Virus record (IMG/VR): IMGVR_UViG_3300047550_005071
Span: 1-61,233 of that record
Direction: 5' to 3' (one strand)
Source: a virus
Lineage: Duplodnaviria > Caudoviricetes
Length of the DNA stretch: 61,233 bases
Part shown: piece after piece, positions 20,345 through 29,300 of the stretch
Layout of the letters: each line of letters starts with the position of its first letter
Position numbering within the stretch: the stretch's first letter is position 1
The notes under the pieces: generated by a model
What the model was told of the DNA's origin: nothing
The model's database searches: none
What the model saw: only the letters and a program-made list of their open reading frames with translations
Translations under genes and position numbers: made by a program

Positions 20345-20477
20345 TTTTTAAATTTTTAGATATAACTTTTTTATCAAAAAATCGGTGATTTTTATGATAA
20401 ATATGTAGTCGGCAATGAAGCGACCACAAATTTGATTAAAAAAAAATAAGTTTTTTTTACAAAAAGTAGATATTTAA

Positions 20478-21860
20478 TTAAGTCCTATTTTGGGTTTGTT
20501 CCCTTTCTTTTCTCTTTTCGAGAAGCTCCTTAACTCTATCTCTTTTTCTTTCTTCTTGTTGTTCTTCGAAACCAAGGAATGTTACTGAAGATTCAGTATC
20601 AATCTCCAACAATTCATTGTTAAATTTACAATTCTCGAATACAACACCGTCTTTACCTAAACGGGATTTTGTGATGGCAATTGTTGCTAAATTCATTTCT
20701 TTCTGTTGTAATGTCTTTGCAACGGTAATAATTACGTGTCCAACCTGTGCTTTTTTGATTGAACCCCCCATCTGGTCTGTGGTTACAACTTCAGAGGAAA
20801 TTGAACTTCTGTTTCCTTGGGTTGCTGTCCATCCTGCAATGTCTAACTCATGGCACATTGCTTCAAATGCTCTCATTACAGAACCTTCTGCTTTCCACTC
20901 ATCTTTTGCACTTGATTCAGGTAGAACACAATCGATGTAATCTAAAAGAATCATATCAATCTTTGTCCCATCAGCAATTAATTTTCTAACCTGGTTTTTT
21001 ATTTGATTCATAGTCATGGTATCAGAAGCAAGTTTTTTCAGAATCAATCGATTTTGCATTGTTTCTCTAATCTCTGTAATCTTATCCATAACTTTTTCCT
21101 TATGGAATACCAAGTTATCAGGCTCAATACCTGTCCAAATTGTGAAGTGTTTTCTTTGTACAATTTTTGGGTTGTCTTCAAAAAAAATTTGAAGAACATT
21201 GTATCCCATGTTGAATGCTGTGTTAGCTATTTTGGTGAGGACTGTTGTTTTACCAACACCAGTAGGTGCTAATATAACTCCTATTTCCCCTTTGGCAAGT
21301 CCACCTTTTAATAACTTATCAATTCCAGCAATACCCATTGGAATTGGGTGACGATAATCTTCCTCAAGAACTGTATCCAAATCAGTGAATACATCGGATT
21401 GTCCCTTTTCTATTTCACCAACTTGAAGAGCTTCTCTAACAAGACCTTCTACCTTATCATATGACTCGAAGTCACCTTCTGTGATTATTTTTTGGGCTCT
21501 ATCCATCGCTTTCTGTAACTCTTGTTGTTTACAGAACTTCAATGCTTTTTCTTGAACAAACTGAGTTCCTTCAAATGGTGCCTCTTTAATTTGTTTGAGA
21601 GTATCCAAAACAATCTTAGCCACTAGTTCTTGAGAAACTTCCGATTTAACAATCTGCTCTATTGTATCAAAGTTTGGAGTAGACTCATACTTCTTGTGAT
21701 ATTCCTTAATCATTTGTACAATGATTTTGAAATATTTGTTATCAAAATAAGAGCTTTCTAAAACATCGATAATTGAAGTGGAGAAGTCCTTATCAACCAC
21801 AACTTGGTTGATTAATTGTATCTGAAATGTATTCCCTAAATAATCAAAATTTTTATTCAT
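20478..21860 (-). CDS. gp41: Replicative DNA helicase (DnaB / T4 gp41-like)
   Basis: Walker A APTGVGKTT, LDYID, TATQGNR, KSRLG. Confidence 0.9.
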   Translation of the reverse strand: MNKNFDYLGNTFQIQLINQVVVDKDFSTSIIDVLESSYFDNKYFKIIVQMIKEYHKKYESTPNFDTIEQIVKSEVSQELVAKIVLDTLKQIKEAPFEGTQFVQEKALKFCKQQELQKAMDRAQKIITEGDFESYDKVEGLVREALQVGEIEKGQSDVFTDLDTVLEEDYRHPIPMGIAGIDKLLKGGLAKGEIGVILAPTGVGKTTVLTKIANTAFNMGYNVLQIFFEDNPKIVQRKHFTIWTGIEPDNLVFHKEKVMDKITEIRETMQNRLILKKLASDTMTMNQIKNQVRKLIADGTKIDMILLDYIDCVLPESSAKDEWKAEGSVMRAFEAMCHELDIAGWTATQGNRSSISSEVVTTDQMGGSIKKAQVGHVIITVAKTLQQKEMNLATIAITKSRLGKDGVVFENCKFNNELLEIDTESSVTFLGFEEQQEERKRDRVKELLEKRKEREQTQNRT

Positions 21861-21898
21861 ATTCGTTCCGCGGACCCCCTTGTTATTTTAAATATTTG

Positions 21899-22348
21899 TT
21901 AGGCGAGGTCAAGTTCCAAATATTTGTAAGTTAATTTTTTGTCTGAAAAAATGTCGGTCAGTTCTTTCAAAACCTCTTTCAAAAATGGTCTTACATCAAC
22001 TGTGTAACGCACCTTTGGTGGGTAAAGCTTTCCATTGAACTGTCTGTGTGTTAACACAGTATCACCAACTTTTACATAGATGTTGAAGTTTTCAGGTCCT
22101 TCAGTGAATGATGTTTCCATGATTGTAGGGTCGTGAACAATCGCGTCTTTGTTGTCCATCATATAAACAACAGTTTTCATTTTAAGATAGTAGTGAAGTT
22201 CATCACTCAAAGCTTTAATGAAGTCATGCAACTCCAAAGAATTTTTTGCCTTTGGTACATATCCTCTGACGTTGAAAAATCTTTGAACAACAATGTTCTC
22301 ATTGAGAGTTAGTAAAAACTCCATTTTCGTGCTTTCTTGCTCTTTCAT
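21899..22348 (-). CDS. Hypothetical protein in the replication cluster
   Basis: 149-aa ORF between the exonuclease and helicase genes. Confidence 0.65.
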   Translation of the reverse strand: MKEQESTKMEFLLTLNENIVVQRFFNVRGYVPKAKNSLELHDFIKALSDELHYYLKMKTVVYMMDNKDAIVHDPTIMETSFTEGPENFNIYVKVGDTVLTHRQFNGKLYPPKVRYTVDVRPFLKEVLKELTDIFSDKKLTYKYLELDLA

Positions 22349-22352
22349 AGTT

Positions 22353-23354
22353 TTAATTTTTGTTTGTGTTTCGTTTTTCTTTTCTTGATAATTTCATAAA
22401 TGGTTTAAGAAAATTTACCCAAGCCTCGTCGTTTTTTGGTAGGTACTTGAATAACCCATCTTCCATCATAAGTCTCATTAAATTTTTATATCCTCTGTCG
22501 GTGGGGTCAATTGTGTCGGTGTGGATTTGTTCTACCAATTGTTTCCCTTCATCTGTTATAAGAGGATTTTTAAGGTCAACAATTTTAGAATTTACTCTGT
22601 AGAACTCTTCACCAAGTATACCACTTTTGGTACGTCCAGTCAAAATATTAGATAAACTTTTGATAGGTTTTTTGTGTGGGATATTTTGTGCATTAGAAAG
22701 GATTTCTTCTATGGTGCATGGTTTTTCCTGCAACTCAGGGAAATATTTGACCAAAGTTTTTTCTCCTAATCCCTCTATCCCGTCTATATTATCAGACTTA
22801 TCTCCTGTGAAGATTTTGGTTATAGTAACGTTGTAGTGAGGTATATCAACTTTGTTGATTGATATCTTATCCCCGTTCTTGTAATAGGTTTTACTTACGG
22901 GCGAAAAAATAGTTACTCTTTCTGAGATTAGTTGGGTTAGGTCTTTGTCTCCTGAAAAAATTATGATTTGTTCATCAATAGCCACTTGAGTGTAGTAAGC
23001 TATCAAATCATCAGCTTCATTGTTTACCATTTCAACCTGTCGCACGAAGACCTCCTCCAAATACGTCTTAACTCTTGCCTTTTGTTGCAAGTAAGATTCG
23101 TATTTGTACTCATTCATGTCTTGTCGACGATTACCTTTGTATTGTGGGTAAATTGATTTGCGTATTGAAGAGTTGGAATCCCCGTCCCAAAATACAACCA
23201 CTTTATCGTGATTGTGCTCCTCCAAAAATCGTCTAAGTGTATTAATGAAGTGATACACCCCACCTATGTGGGAACCGTCACTATAGAGTTCCTTTACCCC
23301 GTGAAATCCAATTTTGAATAGGTTATCCCCATCCACCAACAATGTCTTCGTCAC
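22353..23354 (-). CDS. 5'-3' exonuclease / flap endonuclease (T4 RNase H-like)
   Basis: LLVDG, VFWDG, YKGNR, EADD, SGDKD, GDKSDNIDGIEGLGEKT (H3TH). Confidence 0.92.
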   Translation of the reverse strand: MTKTLLVDGDNLFKIGFHGVKELYSDGSHIGGVYHFINTLRRFLEEHNHDKVVVFWDGDSNSSIRKSIYPQYKGNRRQDMNEYKYESYLQQKARVKTYLEEVFVRQVEMVNNEADDLIAYYTQVAIDEQIIIFSGDKDLTQLISERVTIFSPVSKTYYKNGDKISINKVDIPHYNVTITKIFTGDKSDNIDGIEGLGEKTLVKYFPELQEKPCTIEEILSNAQNIPHKKPIKSLSNILTGRTKSGILGEEFYRVNSKIVDLKNPLITDEGKQLVEQIHTDTIDPTDRGYKNLMRLMMEDGLFKYLPKNDEAWVNFLKPFMKLSRKEKRNTNKN

Positions 23355-23377
23355 ATATTCAATTTAAGGGTGAACAA

Positions 23378-24379
23378 TCAATCTTCTTTTTCTTCTGTTA
23401 GTGTAAAATCTCCTTCCGCACCGATTATATCTTTCCAATAATCTGCGTGCTCTTTCTTGTATTTTTCAATAGAAGCTTTTTCTTCTGTTGAGTCTTTTCC
23501 TGCCAAGAATCCATGCGGGGTAACAATAATTTTTCCGTCATCAAAACCAAGTCCATTGATGTGGTTTTTCATAACCGAAACCTTACTCCTAACTGCAAAC
23601 TTAACTGAACGTTTGTCCTTGGTTGCTGTAATCTTAGTTGTACCCGCTCCTTTTTGATTTCCGAATAGGAACACAAGAGATGAGTTTAACCATACTGATT
23701 CACCGCCTTTAGCTTTAATTTTTGGTTGTCCAAATGGATTATCAGGTAGTTCAACCCAAGGTTGGTTAATAATGATAAGTGTATTTTCGTATTCGTTATC
23801 TGATTTTCTTGAACCTGAAATTCTTTGATTGATTCCCATGCCAATCTTATCAGATAAAACTGATGCGTTGTGTTGTTTACCACCTTTACCTTCAAAGGTC
23901 ATCTTACATGGTACTGAGCCCACTGAGTCCCAAATGAAACAAAGACTATAGTTCAACTCGCCTTTTTCTTGAGCGTCAAGTAATTCGTTGATATAGTCTG
24001 TGATTTGTTCAATATAACTGAAATTGTTGTTGAATAAGAAAAAACCGTCCCAATCAAGTTCACCCGTTTCTTTGTCTACAACTTCCTCGCATTGAAAACC
24101 CATAAGTTTGGCATGGTCAAAACTCCACTTTTGTTCTGTAATGATGAATACAGGAAGTATTTCTTTTTTTTGAGCGTCCACAGCAGCTTTGATTGCGGCA
24201 GTGGTCTTACCTGTATCAGAGTGACCTAAGAACATATTAATATGTCCAACTGCAGGACCAGGAAGTCCAACTGCATCTAAGAAATCGCCACCCAAATCCA
24301 AAAACCTTTGTGGTTTATATTTTGCAGAAGTTGAAAACTTCTTTTTTAAGTTTGAAAAATCGTTTTTTTTGATTGCCAT
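23378..24379 (-). CDS. uvsX: RecA/UvsX-like recombinase
   Basis: Walker A GHSDTGKTT, Walker B FIWDSVG, IINQ, KGG. Confidence 0.88.
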   Translation of the reverse strand: MAIKKNDFSNLKKKFSTSAKYKPQRFLDLGGDFLDAVGLPGPAVGHINMFLGHSDTGKTTAAIKAAVDAQKKEILPVFIITEQKWSFDHAKLMGFQCEEVVDKETGELDWDGFFLFNNNFSYIEQITDYINELLDAQEKGELNYSLCFIWDSVGSVPCKMTFEGKGGKQHNASVLSDKIGMGINQRISGSRKSDNEYENTLIIINQPWVELPDNPFGQPKIKAKGGESVWLNSSLVFLFGNQKGAGTTKITATKDKRSVKFAVRSKVSVMKNHINGLGFDDGKIIVTPHGFLAGKDSTEEKASIEKYKKEHADYWKDIIGAEGDFTLTEEKED

Positions 24380-24390
24380 ATTGTTCTTAT

Positions 24391-24424
24391 AAAAGATGTT
24401 CCCGACACGGATGTCGGGAACATC
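24391..24424 (-). terminator. Perfect 13-bp hairpin (intrinsic terminator or attenuator) between the SSB and recombinase genes
   Basis: GATGTTCCCGACA-CGGA-TGTCGGGAACATC, followed by TTTT on the minus strand. Confidence 0.75.
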
Positions 24425-24435
24425 ATATTAATTAA

Positions 24436-25293
24436 TTAGAATGGTAAGTCACCGTCCACATCAGCATCCGCTTGTGGGTCTACCATCTTCTTTGAAGATG
24501 TTTTTGGACTTCCACCGTAAGACTCTTCTGATACAGATGAGTCACCATAAACGTAGCCACCTTTTTCGTTATCCCACTTTGGTGTTTCACCTCTTGCGAT
24601 AGCCTCAAGGTATTCTACAGGTTTTTTACTATACACATCAGTCCAACTCAACTCGTCATTAACCCACTCTTTAGCTTGGTCTTTGTCTGTATGAACAGGA
24701 GCTGGGTCATCATACATGATTGCCGAAACAGTTGTATATTCTTTACCCTTTGGAGTCTTTGACTTTGCCAATTCGATGATTAAGTCACGACCTATTTCTG
24801 CGTCGGTGATATCACCTTTGTTTCTCCAAATTGGAATAATCTTGTCGAGAATTCCTTCGTTTTTGTAATTGTGTTTGAATCTCCAAAACTTTGGTCCATC
24901 AGCTTCATTATCTCTATCGATAACTTTTACGATGTAAAACTTACGAGATTTGTACTGCTTAGCAAGTTCCTTGTCGGACTCTTTGCCTGTGCTCATCAAT
25001 TCTTCGTAAACTTCGTTTAATGGAGAACGTTCATTGTCGTTTTTTCCTGGGTCGTAGAACTTTTGCCACTGACCACCTACTTGGATTTCGTGATACCAAG
25101 CCTCTTTGAATGGTGAGGAGCCATCTGTGGTAGGAAGAATTCTAACTCTTCTCTGACCTGATTTTTCTTTGTCTCCCAAGATTAAAGCGAAATACTTTTT
25201 CATTCTTTCGTCCTGAGACATTTTGGATTGGGCCCCGCCCCCGATTTGGTTTTTTTCATACTGCGCCAATACGGCATCTAATACATTACTCAT
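24436..25293 (-). CDS. gp32: Single-stranded DNA-binding protein (T4 gp32-like)
   Basis: Likely ATG at 25293 (MSNVLDAV); RVRILP...PFKEAWYH, VKVIDRD, GRDLII; acidic tail ending DGDLPF; adjacent to uvsX. Confidence 0.8.
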   Translation of the reverse strand: MSNVLDAVLAQYEKNQIGGGAQSKMSQDERMKKYFALILGDKEKSGQRRVRILPTTDGSSPFKEAWYHEIQVGGQWQKFYDPGKNDNERSPLNEVYEELMSTGKESDKELAKQYKSRKFYIVKVIDRDNEADGPKFWRFKHNYKNEGILDKIIPIWRNKGDITDAEIGRDLIIELAKSKTPKGKEYTTVSAIMYDDPAPVHTDKDQAKEWVNDELSWTDVYSKKPVEYLEAIARGETPKWDNEKGGYVYGDSSVSEESYGGSPKTSSKKMVDPQADADVDGDLPF

Positions 25294-25318
25294 TTTAAAG
25301 TGTTTTAATTGTTTATTA

Positions 25319-25347
25319 ATTATAATTGGGAAATCCCTATTAGTCAA
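25319..25347 (-). promoter_or_regulatory. Near-consensus sigma70-type promoter for the SSB/replication operon
   Basis: TTGACT-N17-TATAAT on the minus strand, just downstream of a terminator and 25 nt before the SSB ATG. Confidence 0.75.
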
Positions 25348-25350
25348 ATT

Positions 25351-25374
25351 AAAAAGGGACCTTTCAGTCCCTTT
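25351..25374 (-). terminator. Intrinsic terminator after the 227-aa gene
   Basis: AAAGGGAC-TGAAAG-GTCCCTTTTT (minus strand). Confidence 0.75.
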
Positions 25375-25379
25375 CTTTT

Positions 25380-26063
25380 TTATCTTTTGAATTCGTTGTC
25401 GTAACTATCAACCTTTCCTGGTTGGAACGAGTTTTTAATGTCGTTAACATTAATATCGGTCACCTCATCGGTCGTTAAAACATAATCATTTTTTCCTGTC
25501 TTTTCCATCTCATCTTTTTTGTCTTCGAAGAAGTCTGAAAGTTTTTGATTGAAAGGATATGAATCATATGTTCTAAGCTCAAGTTTCTCTTGTGGGGTTT
25601 TGTCTCTGTATTTTTCAATCTTCATTTCAAGCGAATTCAATTTATTCATGATTGAATCCATTTCTTTTAACCTTGATTCCAAGTTGTTCAATTGTCCGAA
25701 AAGATTGTTGAAATACTCTTCTTGTTTAGTCTCAATATTTTTTTGAGAATCTACAAGTTCTGTAACATCCAATTCCTCTTTTCCTTCGTCACCGCTTTCA
25801 GCTTCCTCTGATTTACCCTCATCATCTATTTTTTCAACATCAGGGTCGTTTTCAACATCTATTGGTGTTGGTGGTACGTCTCCTCCTGGTGGTAATGCCC
25901 CACCTGCTGGTGGAGGAACCGCTCCTGCCGCTGGCGGAGGTGGTGGAACAGCTCCAGCCTCAGCTCCTGGTGGAGGTGGAGGTGGCACTGCTTGTTCAGT
26001 TATATACTTGTTAATTTGTCTATAACGGTCAATTTCGCTTAAAATTTTCTTATCCAAACTCAT
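25380..26063 (-). CDS. Acidic, polyproline-containing coiled-coil protein (possible internal head or assembly protein)
   Basis: PPPPPPG/PPPPP tracts, acidic middle, heptad-like C-terminal region. Confidence 0.65.
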   Translation of the reverse strand: MSLDKKILSEIDRYRQINKYITEQAVPPPPPPGAEAGAVPPPPPAAGAVPPPAGGALPPGGDVPPTPIDVENDPDVEKIDDEGKSEEAESGDEGKEELDVTELVDSQKNIETKQEEYFNNLFGQLNNLESRLKEMDSIMNKLNSLEMKIEKYRDKTPQEKLELRTYDSYPFNQKLSDFFEDKKDEMEKTGKNDYVLTTDEVTDINVNDIKNSFQPGKVDSYDNEFKR

Positions 26064-26068
26064 GTCTA

Positions 26069-26293
26069 TTAGTCGTTTAGTAATTGTTTTATACCTCTGG
26101 CGGTTTCAACTCTTACTTTTCTGTTTGCTGTTTGCATGTGACCTGCTCTTTCAATAAGACCATCTCTTTCTCTTACTACATAACAGTCACCTGTTTCCAA
26201 ATCGCAAACTTGCTTGGTACCATCTCCCAAGTCTTCTTCTGAAAACTTAACAGACTTTCCAAGGTAGTTGTTCAATGTTGATTTTAAATCCAT
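26069..26293 (-). CDS. Hypothetical small protein
   Basis: 74-aa ORF with TATTTAT motif 14 nt upstream. Confidence 0.65.
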   Translation of the reverse strand: MDLKSTLNNYLGKSVKFSEEDLGDGTKQVCDLETGDCYVVRERDGLIERAGHMQTANRKVRVETARGIKQLLND

Positions 26294-26321
26294 AAAATTC
26301 TTTTTATATAAATATATTGGT

Positions 26322-29300
26322 TTAAGATAAAGTGATTATTGGGCTTGTTGCAGCAGTATTAACCAATGTTGGTGAACTTGAATTTGGTAACGTAACTGTT
26401 AGGTCATTAGATTTGTAATCAACACTTGCTTGGAATCTCCCAATCGAATTGGTTTGGATTACGTTTGTATACTTTGTATCAGAGTCTTTAGTGATTGTTA
26501 TTTGTTGGTCAACGAGGTCTGGTATTGAAACAAGTTTAAATGCACCCTTTTGAACTAAATTAGTACAACTGAATTTCAAAGTAATATATCCACCTGGTCC
26601 TTTCTTAATGTTATAGTAGTCATCACCAGCAAAATTAGGTAATTCGCCACTGTTCGTTTCTTGAACAATTACCAACGAACCAGGTTCTGTTGTATTGTTA
26701 GTAACCTGAACAGGATACACAAAATTATAGTTAAATGAGAGTGTTTGATTTTGCGGATTTTTAACTCTATCGGCTGGAATTGCTGTAATTTGAATTTGGC
26801 AATTGATTTCTGCATTTACCCTATCAACTTGCGGTATAACTCCATTAAATAAAAGTTCTGCGGCATTTTTAGTAAATTGGAATGTCTGTCCATTATTTGA
26901 AACAAATCCAGTCAATGACTGAGTTCCTGTATACTTTTCTGTTTTGGTTACTGAGTTATTAGGTCCTCTTGAAATTTTCTTATATGAATAAGTTAAGGTT
27001 TGTGTGGAAGCTATTGTCCATACACCAACGTTTGGTGCCACGTCAACTTTTATTAGGTCGGTTGTTTGATTTGTAGATGTTACTCTTTGTGTCTCAACTA
27101 AAGCAGGTATTGTTGGGTTTGTGTTTGATATATTTTGATTTTGTGTTCCTGAGGCTCCATTAACAAACGAACCTGGTGAGGATGCTTCACTTGCAGGTAT
27201 TGAAGGGTCGTATTTGAATTGTGCAACCGTTGTGAAGGAACCATATGATGTTTGTACTCTTATGTTAGTATTTTTAAGTACTTTTCCATCACCAATTTCA
27301 GGTACTACAATTCGTAAAGTCTGTTTATCAATTACAGTAATATATCTTTGTTCAACAGCCGTTTCTGTGTTTCCATCTTTGAAGAATACCTTTGTTTCTG
27401 TATCTAAATTTCTACCGTTGATAACCATTTGTGTTCCTGTATATCCAACAGCGGGTGCAAATGTGTTTATGTAAGGTGGTGGACAAACTTGGCCAGCATT
27501 TGGATTCAGTGGCGTCGGTGTTGGAGTTACTCCTGGTGTTTTAGAATTTTTTGATTGAGCGTTGTTGGTCGCATTTAATGCGTCGGATGTAGCTTCGGTA
27601 ATCAATTTGACGGCAACCGCAGACTTAATTGCCTCCTCCATTGTTTTTCTTACTGTCTCAAACTCACCATAGTTTGTATCATAGTATGTTTCAGAAACGT
27701 TGTCTTTAGGGAAGTGGCAAACATAAAACTTATCCAAACCATTTCTTTGGATTTGTGGTAGTCTTTCAGATAAACCACTAGCTATAAATTTTATATATTC
27801 CTGTAAACTTGCAAAAGCAACAATTGGCATTGATTTAGTTGTTCCTCCCGTCTTAACATTTACACAACAAAATTGTTTCTTCGAAAAATATTCGCCAGCC
27901 CTTGGTTGGAAATTTCTATCCAAGGATATAAGTCCGAGGTTGTTGTTATAAGCGACAAAGTTGCCAGCACCAGAGTTTGAGCTTTTAACAAAACTTGTTA
28001 CATAAGAAATACAATAAATGTAGGTTCTCAACAACTCGTTTGATTGACCTGGATATTCGGCGAGAAGTGCGTTTTTGAATGTTTCAGGAGTTATAGAGTT
28101 AGGAACTCCAGCTAACACTGTATACCCTTGGTAAGCAGTTAAGTCAACCTTACTTGTACAACTATTTTGAGCATCAAGAGTATTGTCTGCTTTTTGAACT
28201 GTCTGATTAGCTTTTTGTTCTTCAGTAATTTTTATTGATGGTGGTTCATCTTTCTTAATTTTTAATACCTCTTCAAGTTTAGTCAGTAAGTTTTGATTCA
28301 TACTCTGTAAGAAAGAATCAATCGATGGTAAATCGTAAATACCTTGTCTAATTCCTGTAAATGAGGTTTGGAAATTACCTGGCTGGATTGTGTGTTGAAT
28401 GCTTTGAATCATGTATGGTCCATTGAACATTGGCACATGTCTCAAGTTGAAATACATACTCGGCTGTAATAGTGCATTACCCAAGCAAACAACAGTGCAC
28501 TTATAACTTCTATTTTTATAAAGGTTATAAAGCGAAACGTTTTGTGTGGCAACATTTCTACCAGAAGCTTGGTCGACCATATTCAATTGAGTATTAATAG
28601 ATTCTGATGTTGCAACCCCAGCGCTTTGGTCAACTTGGAATGAATAGAAAATATTTTGATTCCTTATTCCAATATCAACATTGAATCCAACACATTTGTT
28701 AGATAAAGACCAGTCCTTTTTGTTTGTTTGATTTTCTATAAGAGGGTTTTCAGAAGCTCTTCTCATTTCAAAACCGTCATCTCTAAATCTGAAATTACCT
28801 TTTGGTAAGTCCAAATATTGAGAGGGTTTACCAACATAAAAGCAAACCATTTTTGATGTCGCATTCCTGTAATCAACATTAAGAAATGTACCCCATAAAT
28901 TATTGGCAAAATCTAATGTTCCTTCGGGTTTTGGAATTGTTGTTCCATCGACATCTTGAACATTATAGAAATTAACATAAGCAGGTAAATTCATTACAGT
29001 GAAATTATTTTTAATCAAAATCCCACTCATAAGTGTAAAGACGCTCATAGCATTATTGAGCGAACTTTTACCCAACATACTTTTCAAATCAAATATATCA
29101 ATCAATATTGTTTGACCTATGTTCCTTGAAGCCCTGTCCAAAAACATGATGTCTTCAAATAGGGTTTTAGATTTGTAATCACCACCTGCAATCCACTTGT
29201 CGTTAAGGGCTTTGAATACTTCCCAGTTTTCAATCTTACTTTGTTCTCCCGTTATAACACTATTAACCGTGCCTTGTGGTACCTGATACTGGCTTGGTAA

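Noticed and set aside
20390-20415. NrdR box or cobalamin riboswitch upstream of nrdJ
   Set aside because: Only half resembles the NrdR palindrome; the region is too short and lacks a B12-box
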